From assembly GCA_003140935.1 (NCBI GenBank), contig PLLJ01000038.1:6858-70857 (forward strand): a stretch of 64,000 bases of DNA. Reading direction: 5' to 3'. This document shows, piece by piece, positions 1 to 8,539 of this stretch. The DNA is from Candidatus Omnitrophota bacterium (lineage in GTDB: Bacteria > Omnitrophota > Omnitrophia > Omnitrophales > Aquincolibacteriaceae). The notes below the pieces were generated by a model. That model made no database searches, was not told the DNA's origin, and was given only the letters and a program-made list of their open reading frames with translations. Numbering within the stretch: position 1 is the stretch's first letter; each line of letters starts with the position of its first letter. The position numbers were made by a program, and so were the translations under genes.

Positions 1-1062
1 GCCGAGCACTTTGAGTCCGGTCTCAATATCCTGCTTCGTGATCGCGCCCATGTGACAAATGCGGACGACCTTTCCTTTCATCTGATCGCCCTGCCCGCCC
101 GCCATCGCGATCCCTTTTTCATCGCGCATCACCTGGCAGAGCTTCTCGCCATCGATCCCTTCGGGCAGCCAGGCGGCCGTTACGGTCGAAGAAGGCGCCT
201 TCGAAAAAAGTTTCAGGCCCATCTTTTGGAGCGACTCGCGCGTGAAAGCCGCGTTCGCGGCGCAGCGCTTGAAAACATTCTCGATCCCTTCCTGTTCGAT
301 CAGATCGAGCGACTTCTGAAGCCCGATCACCAGGGTCAGTGCCGGTGTCCAAGGCGTGTCGCTGTCTTTCAGGGATTTTTCATAATATTTGAGATCGTAG
401 TAAAAGCGCGGCAACTTGGCGGTCGCCATACGCGCCTTTGCCTTTTCACTCACACTCAGGAACGCGAGTCCCGGAGGCAGCATCAGCGCCTTCTGCGAAC
501 CGGCGATCACCAGATCCACATGCCACTGGTCCGTCTCGAGACGATCGGCTCCGAGGCCTGAAATGGCGTCCACGATCAAAAGTGCGTTCGTTTTCGCCAC
601 GATCGCGCCGATCGTTTTGATGGCGCTTAAGACCGCGGTCGAAGTTTCACAAAGTTGGACACAAACGCCCTTGATATCCGGGTCCTTTTGAAGCGCTTCC
701 TCGATCTTTTTCGGGTCCGGGGCCTCTCCGTACGGAACTTTGAGGCTGATCGGAACGAGCCCGAACGCCTTCGCGATCGCGGTAAAACGTTCGGCGAATT
801 TTCCGTTCTCCACCACGAGGACCTTGTCTCCCGCGGAATGAAAATTGACCAAAGCCGCTTCCATCGCCAAGCTGCCCGAACCGGTGAAGGTATAAACGGG
901 ATTCTTTGTCAGGAACACTTTTTTCAGGCGCTCGGAAACATCCCCGAAGATCTTGCGGTATCGCGGCGTGCGATGATGGAAGATCGGCTCCGCCATCAGC
1001 TTGCGGGTGACTTCAGGAACGGGAGTGGGACCGGGAGTTAAAAGGATCGCGGGCTTCGTCAT
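1..1062 (-). CDS. Class V PLP-dependent aminotransferase (alanine-glyoxylate/serine-pyruvate type), 3' end outside window
   Basis: Not in the ORF track because it runs off the edge. Reverse strand from ATG at 1062 reads [36 protein letters not shown], the typical class V N-terminus; ATGA overlap with the clpP stop. Confidence 0.88.
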   Translation of the reverse strand, partial: MTKPAILLTPGPTPVPEVTRKLMAEPIFHHRTPRYRKIFGDVSERLKKVFLTKNPVYTFTGSGSLAMEAALVNFHSAGDKVLVVENGKFAERFTAIAKAFGLVPISLKVPYGEAPDPKKIEEALQKDPDIKGVCVQLCETSTAVLSAIKTIGAIVAKTNALLIVDAISGLGADRLETDQWHVDLVIAGSQKALMLPPGLAFLSVSEKAKARMATAKLPRFYYDLKYYEKSLKDSDTPWTPALTLVIGLQKSLDLIEQEGIENVFKRCAANAAFTRESLQKMGLKLFSKAPSSTVTAAWLPEGIDGEKLCQVMRDEKGIAMAGGQGDQMKGKVVRICHMGAITKQDIETGLKVLG

Positions 1063-1667
1063 GGTTTTTGAACCTCCGTGCGGGTTGTGATCACTGCGTC
1101 GACAATACCATAATTTTTTGCCTCATCGGCGGACATGAAATAATCCCTGTCGGTGTCCTTCTCGATCTTTTCGAGCGCTTGTCCGGTGTGACGGACAAGG
1201 ATCTGATTCAGTTGTTCTTTAAGTTTTAAGATCTCTCTGGCCTGAATATGGATATCCGAAGCCGTCCCCTGCGTGCCGCCCCAGGGCTGGTGGATCATCA
1301 CGCGGGAATTCGGCAAAGAGTACCGTTTTCCCTTGGTGCCGGCCGCGAGAAGCAGGGAGCCCATGCTTGCGGCCTGCCCAAGACAGTAGGTCGCGACGTC
1401 GCATTTCACGAAGCGCATGGTGTCGTAGATCGCAAGACCTGCGGTCACGGACCCGCCGGGGGAATTGATGTAGATGTTGATATCCTTGCCCGGCTCTTCC
1501 ATGTTGAGGAAAAGGATCTGAGCGATAATAAGATTGGCGATCACGTCATCGATCGGCGTTCCGATAAAAACAATGCGGTCTTTGAGAAGCCGGGAGTAGA
1601 TATCATACGCCCGCTCCCCTTTTCCGGTCGTTTCAATCACCATCGGGACCAAATAGCTCATATTCAA
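1059..1667 (-). CDS. clpP: ATP-dependent Clp protease proteolytic subunit
   Basis: [33 protein letters not shown] (catalytic Ser), MIHQP (His), DTDRD; lies downstream of tig. Confidence 0.98.
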   Translation of the reverse strand: MNMSYLVPMVIETTGKGERAYDIYSRLLKDRIVFIGTPIDDVIANLIIAQILFLNMEEPGKDINIYINSPGGSVTAGLAIYDTMRFVKCDVATYCLGQAASMGSLLLAAGTKGKRYSLPNSRVMIHQPWGGTQGTASDIHIQAREILKLKEQLNQILVRHTGQALEKIEKDTDRDYFMSADEAKNYGIVDAVITTRTEVQKP

Positions 1668-1740
1668 CCTCCGTTATCAGCGTGGAGCGTACAGCGCAGA
1701 GAAAATAGAAAAGCTCATACTATTCACTCTACGCCCTGCG

Positions 1741-3084
1741 CTATTTTTTGGCGTGCTGTTTTAAAAATTCAATGACCTTCTCGTTCCGGACCTGGTCCAG
1801 CAAAGTTTCCCGGGCTTCTTTGTGTTCTTTGTAATATTTCTCGATCGTTTCTTTCGGCTGGCGGTACTGCTGGCTCAACGCCTCGTATTTCGTTCCCAGG
1901 TCCGCCTCTTCCGCCTTGATCTTTTGGGTATCGGCGATCTCATCCAGGAGAAAGGCAATGTGGATCTGACGGCGGGCCTCGGTCTCGAACTCTTTTTGCA
2001 TCTTTTCTTTCTCTTTATCAAAGACCTCGTCCGTGCCTCCCTGTTGAAGGAAACGCTGACGCGCCTGGTCCATCAGGTATTCCGCCCGCCGCTGCAAAAG
2101 CCCGCTCGGCAGATCGATCTTATTGTGTTTGACCAACTCGTTTAAGAGTTCCTGTTCAAAAGCAGCTTCTTTGGCGACGGCGTCCTGCTTCTCAAGATCC
2201 TCCGTGAGCTTTTTCTTGAGATCGCTCAGGTCCTTATACTCCCCGGCCTGTTTGGCAAGATCGTCGTTAAGTTCGGGAATTATTTTTTCCTTGATCTCTT
2301 TGATCTTCATTTTGAAGACGGCTGTTTTCCCGGCGGCTCTTTTATCCGCCATATCCTGAGGGAAAGAGATCTGCACGTTCTTTTCGTCGCCCACACTGGC
2401 GCCCACAAGCTGCGCGGAGAACCCTTTGAGGTATTCTTCTTCTTTGAGCTCGATCCAATCATCATTGCGCTTTTCCATTTCCTTGCCGTCGACCGTGCAG
2501 ACGTAATCGGTGATCACGAAATCTCCCAACTTGGCCGCACGGCCCTCGACCGCTTTATATTGAGCGTGCATCTCCTGGGTCTGTTTGAGCGCTTTTTCGA
2601 TATCTTCAGGTTTCGCCCCGGGCTTTTCCTTTTTAGCGCTCAATCCGGCGACACGGGAAAGTTTGACCTTGGGACGGATCTCAATATGCGCTTTATAGGT
2701 GAGCTTTTCCTTGGCAAATTGGATATCCTTGATCTCGGGCGTCGTGAGCGGGCTGAGATCTTTCTCGCGAAGGGCTTTGGGCAGTGATTCCGAAAGGAGT
2801 GCTTCCAGCACCGAATCATTGGCGTTTTTCTCATAATGCATGACCAGCACGTCGCGAGGGATCTTTCCGGGACGGAATCCCGGCACTTTGGCGCGCGGAG
2901 CGATCGAATTATAAAAAGACTCGTATTCTTTGCTGATACGGTCCTGGGCCACTTCAATGGTCAGGATCTTTTCGCAGGTCTTGCCATCCTGCAATTTGAT
3001 CTTGATCGAAGAGTCTTGAGGTTGTGAGGTTTCGATACCAGAAAGGTCTTCGGATGTTTCTTCTTTCTTCTTTTTCAGTAACAC
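1741..3084 (-). CDS. tig: Trigger factor
   Basis: Ribosome-binding signature VPGFRPGKIP, FKBP-like middle domain, tig-clpP synteny. Start uncertain. Confidence 0.96.
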   Translation of the reverse strand: MLLKKKKEETSEDLSGIETSQPQDSSIKIKLQDGKTCEKILTIEVAQDRISKEYESFYNSIAPRAKVPGFRPGKIPRDVLVMHYEKNANDSVLEALLSESLPKALREKDLSPLTTPEIKDIQFAKEKLTYKAHIEIRPKVKLSRVAGLSAKKEKPGAKPEDIEKALKQTQEMHAQYKAVEGRAAKLGDFVITDYVCTVDGKEMEKRNDDWIELKEEEYLKGFSAQLVGASVGDEKNVQISFPQDMADKRAAGKTAVFKMKIKEIKEKIIPELNDDLAKQAGEYKDLSDLKKKLTEDLEKQDAVAKEAAFEQELLNELVKHNKIDLPSGLLQRRAEYLMDQARQRFLQQGGTDEVFDKEKEKMQKEFETEARRQIHIAFLLDEIADTQKIKAEEADLGTKYEALSQQYRQPKETIEKYYKEHKEARETLLDQVRNEKVIEFLKQHAKK

Positions 3085-3120
3085 AAGTACCGCCTTTATC
3101 TATTGAAACATGAAAAAACA

Positions 3121-3194
3121 TGGAGCGAGTGGAGGGAATCGAACCCTCGTAGCTGCCTTGGCAAGGCAGAGCATTACCACTATGCTACACTCGC
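3121..3194 (-). tRNA. tRNA-Gly(GCC)
   Basis: GCGAGTG...CACTCGC acceptor stem, anticodon arm CTGCC-TTGCCAA-GGCAG, GGTTCGATTCC T-arm, encoded CCA. Confidence 0.97.
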
Positions 3195-3390
3195 TTGTTA
3201 GATGAGACTTTACGACTTCCGGGAAGGCCGTATTCTAGTCCCAACACTTATCAATTTCAACAAAGTTGAAATTGGGGCAATCCTTGTCAACCATTTGAAA
3301 AACAATAATGGACAAGGATAGAAGCGCGTCCTACCTTTGTCAATTAAAGTACCGCCGAACCACAGCTTCTGTGCGGTGATAGAACCCCGA

Positions 3391-3500
3391 AAAAAGTGCG
3401 GCCGGAGGGACTTGGCGCCTCCGCTTCGCTACGGTCGGCCACCCGCGCTATAAATATGACCCCTGTCATATTTATGAACAGCGCTCCCTTCAAGCCCTCT
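3391..3500 (-). repeat. tRNA-linked structured element ending in a copy of the tRNA-Leu 3' end
   Basis: 24-bp exact repeat aaaaagtgcggccggagggacttg at 3391-3414 and 3569-3592; internal scaffold shared with the element at 3678-3797. Confidence 0.85.
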
Positions 3501-3574
3501 ATACTGCCGAATATAATATCGTAGAAGACCTTCCTTAGGTCTTCACGATAGCGTACTTTTTCATTGAGAAAAAG

Positions 3575-3656
3575 TGCGGCCGGAGGGACTTGAACCCCCA
3601 CACCTTACGGTACAGGATCCTAAGTCCTGCGCGTCTGCCAATTCCGCCACGACCGC
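3575..3656 (-). tRNA. tRNA-Leu(TAG)
   Basis: GCGGTCG acceptor, D-loop GGAATTGGCAGAC, anticodon arm CAGGA-CTTAGGA-TCCTG, long variable arm, GGTTCAAGTCC; no encoded CCA. Confidence 0.97.
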
Positions 3657-3677
3657 AAACCTAGTAATAGTAACAAG

Positions 3678-3797
3678 AAAAGTGCGCCCTGAAGGACTTG
3701 GCTCCTTCCCCGCCACAATCCGGCGGGTTCGGTAGGCCACCCGCCCCGCTATACAATGCTCCTTGAGTCGCATCGGCGGGGCTCCCTTCAAGTCCTT
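3678..3797 (-). repeat. tRNA-linked structured element ending in a copy of the tRNA-Lys 3' end
   Basis: 23-bp exact repeat aaaagtgcgccctgaaggacttg at 3678-3700 and 3813-3835; same scaffold as 3391-3500. Confidence 0.85.
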
Positions 3798-3817
3798 TTC
3801 AACATATTGAAAAAAAG

Positions 3818-3890
3818 TGCGCCCTGAAGGACTTGAACCTTCGACCCAGTGATTAAGAGTCACTTGCTCTACCAACTGAGCTAAGGGCGC
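3818..3890 (-). tRNA. tRNA-Lys(CTT)
   Basis: GCGCCCT/AGGGCGC acceptor, anticodon arm AGTGA-CTCTTAA-TCACT, GGTTCAAGTCC; no encoded CCA. Confidence 0.97.
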
Positions 3891-4030
3891 AAAAACTCAA
3901 AGATCAAACCAAAAGTAACGGGTATTGGCGGCCATCAAAAGCCACCAAAGAGCGGGTATTCTACTCAAGAAAGCCTTATTTTACAAGAAAGGGATTCTTG
4001 ATTTTTCTGGAAAAGGAGGATAGAAAACCG

Positions 4031-4882
4031 TCACCTCGCGGTCTTATAGATCTCGCGCACTCCGCGGGTCATTTCCTGATATTCCACGGCATCGGTGATC
4101 AAAGATTTTCCGTTGAGCGGTAATTTCTCGAACCCCTTCTTGATGGCCAGAATACGTTCTTCCGTGATGGGGCGGGATTGGTAATAATCAAAAAAGTAAG
4201 GCGTCATCTTCTCCCCGGCTTTCAGGAAATGTTCCTGTACATCCAACAAAGCCTCCGGGTCGTAGCCGGCGTTCATCAGATACGTCATGGCGGCAGCGTC
4301 ACTTGCCAAAAGCCGTTCCCCGGGAGTTTTGTACGAATTCTCATTGTAAGCCTGTAAAAGCACGAGCCCTAAACTTGCCAAAGACCCGATAGGGCCGAAC
4401 ATGGGACCGACCGCCGAACCGATCTGGGTTGCGGCATTGATCGCGCCATCCCGTTTCGTAAAACGCCGGTCCACGGTCTGCTGCTCCCCGATCTCATGCG
4501 CGAGCACTGCGGCAAGCTCCGCTTCATTCTGAAGAAAACTCAGCATACCGGTTGTGATATAGACATAACCTCCCGGCGCCGAAGTTGCATAGATCTTTTC
4601 GCTGTAAAGGATCGTGAACCGGTATTTGAGGTCGTGGCGTTTAGCCTGGGCGGCAAGCGCATGCCCCAGATCATCGACATACTTCACCACTTTCGGATCC
4701 GTATAAGGATAAAAAGCCGTGAGGATCTGCTGGTGGAGCATCTCACCCGTCTTTTGCTCCTCGGTCAGATGCGAGTTTTGGGAAGGGGTCACCGGACGGT
4801 CGTATTCCGATGTTGTCGCGCAGCCGCTTAAAAGGACCGAACAGCCCAGAAACAGCGATAGAAAATCCGGAAAGTTCCTCAA
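4031..4882 (-). CDS. M48-family (BepA/YfgC-like) metallopeptidase-fold lipoprotein with degenerate Zn motif
   Basis: Lipobox LLSGC; ATSAPGGYVYITTGML and EAELAAVLAHEIGE motifs; AGYDP. Start moved to TTG 4882 (SD AAGAGGG) because the longer ORF overlaps tRNA-Arg. Confidence 0.85.
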   Translation of the reverse strand: MRNFPDFLSLFLGCSVLLSGCATTSEYDRPVTPSQNSHLTEEQKTGEMLHQQILTAFYPYTDPKVVKYVDDLGHALAAQAKRHDLKYRFTILYSEKIYATSAPGGYVYITTGMLSFLQNEAELAAVLAHEIGEQQTVDRRFTKRDGAINAATQIGSAVGPMFGPIGSLASLGLVLLQAYNENSYKTPGERLLASDAAAMTYLMNAGYDPEALLDVQEHFLKAGEKMTPYFFDYYQSRPITEERILAIKKGFEKLPLNGKSLITDAVEYQEMTRGVREIYKTAR

Positions 4883-4942
4883 ATCAAAATCCCTCTTGAA
4901 CTTGAATGAAGTTTCGGGATACGATGAACCTTCTTCATACGA

Positions 4943-5016
4943 GCGCCCGTAGCTCAACTGGATAGAGCATCAGCCTTCGGAGCTGAGGGTTGCAGGTTCG
5001 ACCCCTGCCGGGCGCG
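4943..5016 (+). tRNA. tRNA-Arg(TCG)
   Basis: GCGCCCG/CGGGCGC acceptor, TGGATAGAGC D-arm typical of Arg, anticodon arm TCAGC-CTTCGGA-GCTGA, GGTTCGACCC. Confidence 0.96.
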
Positions 5017-5017
5017 C

Positions 5018-5986
5018 TTACTTTTTAAGCGCTGAACGCTTGAACACGAGAGCCAACGCGCCGTGATCGCCGACGTGCCCTTTGAGGAGCGAGGGGACGA
5101 TCTTCGCCGTGCGGAACGCCTCGGGCCACGCATGCTGCTTCACGCTTTTTATCATCGTCCTCCAAAAGATCTTGGGTGCGGTTTTCAAAACGCCGCCGCC
5201 GATCACGATCTTTTCCGGATTCAAAATATTCAGCAGGTTCGCGATCCCGATCCCCAGATAATAACCGGCACTTCGATAACTTTCGATCGCCAGCTTGTCC
5301 CCTTCGCGCGCGGCCATACCGACTTGCTTAGCGCCCACTCTTTTATTTCCGCGAAGAAATTTCCAGAGGCTTGTATTTTTCGAGGTCATCCGGTCGCGGA
5401 CATTGTTCACGATCGCGGTCCCGGACGCGTAGGCCTCAAGACATCCCCGTTTCCCGCAACCACACCGCCGCCCCTCCGGGACAACGCTCATGTGACCGAT
5501 CTCGCCGGCCACACAGCCCGCGCCCTCATGAAGTTCACCGTTCATTACGATCCCGCCGCCGACGCCGGTGCTGACCGTGATATAAATAAGGTCTTGGACC
5601 TTCTTACCCGCACCAAAAAACTTCTCGCCCAAAGCCGCGGCATTCGCGTCATTGGCAAGAAAGACCGGAAGCCCCGTCGCTTTTTGAAGGATGTTCCGGA
5701 GCGGGATCCCCTTCCATCCGGGAAGGTTGGGAGAACGCGGAAGCGTCCCTTTCGAGGAATCGACAGGGCCGGGGCAGCCTACACCGACGCCGAGGATCTT
5801 TTTGGGAGGAACGCAAGCATGAAGGATCAAGGCGCGAAGATTCGAAACGAGTTCTTTGATACAGGCTGCCGTTTTTGTCCGGATCCCTGTCGCAATCTCA
5901 CGCCGCGCAAGGATCTTCCCTTTTTCAGTTCCGAGGACAAGCGAGATCTTTGTCCCGCCGATATCAATGCCAATTGCGTATTTCAT
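5018..5986 (-). CDS. ROK-family sugar kinase (glucokinase-like)
   Basis: IGIDIGGTK, NDANAAALGE, GEIGH...CGCGKRGCLE zinc motif. Start at ATG 5986; the longer ORF runs into tRNA-Phe. Confidence 0.95.
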   Translation of the reverse strand: MKYAIGIDIGGTKISLVLGTEKGKILARREIATGIRTKTAACIKELVSNLRALILHACVPPKKILGVGVGCPGPVDSSKGTLPRSPNLPGWKGIPLRNILQKATGLPVFLANDANAAALGEKFFGAGKKVQDLIYITVSTGVGGGIVMNGELHEGAGCVAGEIGHMSVVPEGRRCGCGKRGCLEAYASGTAIVNNVRDRMTSKNTSLWKFLRGNKRVGAKQVGMAAREGDKLAIESYRSAGYYLGIGIANLLNILNPEKIVIGGGVLKTAPKIFWRTMIKSVKQHAWPEAFRTAKIVPSLLKGHVGDHGALALVFKRSALKK

Positions 5987-6064
5987 ATACTGAGACCTCA
6001 GACTGGAGGAGAAAATTTGGGCAGAGGGTAGTCCAAATTTTTTATTTTGTTTTTGAAAAAAATT

Positions 6065-6137
6065 TGGGCAGGGAGGGAATTGAACCCCCGACACAGGGAT
6101 TTTCAGTCCCTTGCTCTACCGACTGAGCTACCTGCCC
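6065..6137 (-). tRNA. tRNA-Phe(GAA)
   Basis: GGGCAGG/CCTGCCC acceptor, anticodon arm AGGGA-CTGAAAA-TCCCT, GGTTCAATTCC. Confidence 0.97.
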
Positions 6138-6262
6138 ACGAGAATGCGGCTATGTTAGGACGGGTGAAAAACTTTGTCGAGTTGTTTATCGAACAGGCAG
6201 GGATTATAAGGCAGCCTTTGGGAATGTCAAAGATTTTGCGGTGCCGTGCGCCTATCTTTGCG

Positions 6263-6706
6263 TCAATGCCCGGAGTGGTAAGGCCGGTGATGGAGGATGG
6301 TGAGTGCCCGGTAGATCTGCTCCGTCGCAATCACCGCGGCGAGCTCATGAGGCAAAGTCAGAGGACCAAAACTCCAACGGAAAGAAGGTCTCATCGCATC
6401 CAGATCTTTATCCGTGAACCCGTCCGGGCCCCCGATCACGATCTCAAGAACCTGAACGCCGGAGTTCATGCATTTTTGGAGTTCCCTCGCAAGATCCTCG
6501 GAAGAGGCCGCCGTGCTCTTCTTGGCTCTCTCGCAAACCCAAACACAGGATCGGGTCTTAGCGGGATAAGCGCCGGCCTCGCAGGGCAGAAAATGCCCGA
6601 TCCTTTCTATATATTCCCGGACCAGGGAAAAGGCCGCGGAGGATTTGAAAGCCTTGGCCGGAGCTTGCGCGGGTTTCAGCCAGGCCAGAGAAAACCGGAG
6701 ACGCAT
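6263..6706 (-). CDS. rlmH: 23S rRNA pseudouridine-1915 N3-methyltransferase (SPOUT)
   Basis: IGGPDGF and WSFGPLTLPHELAAVIATEQIYRALTILHHRPYH match the RlmH C-terminal signature. Confidence 0.9.
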   Translation of the reverse strand: MRLRFSLAWLKPAQAPAKAFKSSAAFSLVREYIERIGHFLPCEAGAYPAKTRSCVWVCERAKKSTAASSEDLARELQKCMNSGVQVLEIVIGGPDGFTDKDLDAMRPSFRWSFGPLTLPHELAAVIATEQIYRALTILHHRPYHSGH

Positions 6707-7132
6707 CAGTTGGGACTCCTTTTAAAAACGAATAGTCCTGCAGTGCTAGTATCAACTTTTTGGCCGTTTCTTCAATGATTATTGGTGGAACACGAGGAAT
6801 TCCCAGGATCCTTCTGCGCCGTTCGTTTTTCCCCAGCGAGAAAAAATCTCCCTCGCACCTCGGGTCTTCCTCGGCGGGCAAAAGACCGGGAGGCAGCGTT
6901 CGAGACCCTGGGAGCTTGGCTCCGCCGTGTTTTTCAGGCGGATCCCAGGGGTGAGATCCGAAGGCGGTTGATTCTCGCAGGAAGAAGCGACCGCCGGTGA
7001 CGACAGGCCTTTTGCCCGCCACCTTGCCCGTTCGACCCTCGGAGCGCGCTTCAGGATCCTTGGGAAATTCAACCGGTTTGCTTCGCGCGCATTTCTCTTT
7101 ATCGGAATGAGAAATGCGGGGTAGAATGCGCC

Positions 7133-8290
7133 ATGAACTCAAAATCCATTCCCAGGATCGACCACATCTATCTGGATAGAAATGCCGCGCGTTCGCCTCT
7201 TGCCAAGCGCATCCTGCGGACCCTCCGCGGCATTCCGGTCACGCTCGTCACAAACAAGAACGCCTTTCTCAAAAAGATCGAAAAGATACCGCTTACCACC
7301 GGCAAGAGAAACCTCTGGCTCACGAACTTCAAAGGGGCATTCCTCAAACCCTGTCCCGCCACGGGGACGGATTACCTTTGCTGCGGCTACAGGATCCTCA
7401 ACGCGCAAACCCACTGCCCTCTCGACTGCACCTATTGCATCCTGCAGAATTATTTGAATGTCCCGTTGATCACGGTCTACGTCAATACCGGGAATATCGC
7501 CCGGGAGATCGACACCCTGATCGCAAGTGAGCCCCGGCGTCTTTTCCGGATGGGCACGGGAGAACTGACGGACAGCCTCGCACTGGACCGGCTGACGCGT
7601 TTGAACGAAACCCTTATCCGCCATGTCCTCGGCAAGAAAATGATCCTGGAGATCAAGACCAAGACCGCTCAGATCGATCATTTGCCGGAGATCCCGAAAA
7701 AGAACGTTCTCATCTCCTGGTCGCTGAATCCCGACGCATTCATCCGGACGGAGGAACACAGGACCGTGTCTTTGGAGGTGCGTTTGAAAGCCGCCCGCAA
7801 GGCCCTCAAAAAAGGTTACCGCCTTGGGTTTCATTTCGATCCTCTGCTCATGCTGCCGGGGTGGAAGAAACAGTACGCGGAGCTTTTAGAAAAGTTGACC
7901 TCGGCTGTCCCGGAAAAAGAAGTGATGTGGATCAGTCTCGGCAGCTTGCGCTATCCGTCTTCACTCAAAAAGGTCATCGAGGAACGCTTCCCGAAAACAA
8001 AGATCACGACGGCGGAATTTGTCAAAGGCCTTGATGGGAAAATGCGCTATTTCCGGCCGGAACGGGTCGGGCTTTACCGGCACGTTTACAGCGAGGTCCG
8101 GAAGCGCTGGAAAGATGTCTTCGTTTATTTCTGCATGGAGAACAGCACCGTTTGGCGAGAGGTGACGGGAGATGCCCCAGAAGGCAATGATCATCTGGAT
8201 TACTTGTTCCACGAGAGCCTGGTAAGACGCTTCCCCGATCTCAAGCTTCCCGCTCCCGGCCTTTCTCTTTACCGGCAAACCGCTTCCTGA
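7133..8290 (+). CDS. Spore photoproduct lyase (SplB)-like radical SAM protein
   Basis: CPLDCTYCILQ cluster motif, GTGELTDSL, WSLNP, GFHFDP, YFCME. Confidence 0.88.
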   Translation: MNSKSIPRIDHIYLDRNAARSPLAKRILRTLRGIPVTLVTNKNAFLKKIEKIPLTTGKRNLWLTNFKGAFLKPCPATGTDYLCCGYRILNAQTHCPLDCTYCILQNYLNVPLITVYVNTGNIAREIDTLIASEPRRLFRMGTGELTDSLALDRLTRLNETLIRHVLGKKMILEIKTKTAQIDHLPEIPKKNVLISWSLNPDAFIRTEEHRTVSLEVRLKAARKALKKGYRLGFHFDPLLMLPGWKKQYAELLEKLTSAVPEKEVMWISLGSLRYPSSLKKVIEERFPKTKITTAEFVKGLDGKMRYFRPERVGLYRHVYSEVRKRWKDVFVYFCMENSTVWREVTGDAPEGNDHLDYLFHESLVRRFPDLKLPAPGLSLYRQTAS

Positions 8291-8539
8291 ATCCCTCGAA
8301 ATTATCTTCTAAGGAGTTCGATCTCTTCCAGTGATTGTTTTATAGGATACCGCTATTCTATGATTTCGTCAAAGACGCCTTCGGCAGATCCGCTCTGAGC
8401 CATTCAAATATCGAAAGACCTGACCTTGCGCAACACAAATCCCTATTTAAATACTTCCCAATGCCCCTTCCTCCAGATATACTTTTAGAGGATTCTTTTT
8501 TTACACGGCGTGAACTTTCAAAATCCAAGGAGGATTTTC

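Noticed and set aside
52-1041. + strand ORFs 52-561, 416-691, 655-1041
   Set aside because: Antisense shadows of the - strand aminotransferase, which has clear family motifs.
3391-3835. tRNA 3' duplications as attL/attR of a prophage or island
   Set aside because: Only 135-178 bp separate the repeats and no integrase or cargo lies between them; kept instead as a structured-element finding.
3344-3875. ORFs 3344-3601 and 3561-3875 with repeated PSPSGRTF
   Set aside because: They are translations of tRNA-Leu, tRNA-Lys and their duplicated 3' ends, not proteins.
5987-6094. N-terminal extension of the ROK kinase ORF
   Set aside because: Overlaps tRNA-Phe; the family N-terminus begins at MKYAIGIDIGG (5986).
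6558-7142. ORFs 6558-7142, 6779-7072, 6782-7000 between rlmH and the SplB-like gene
   Set aside because: No motifs, Arg/Pro/Ser-rich composition, mutually overlapping; cannot support any as a gene.
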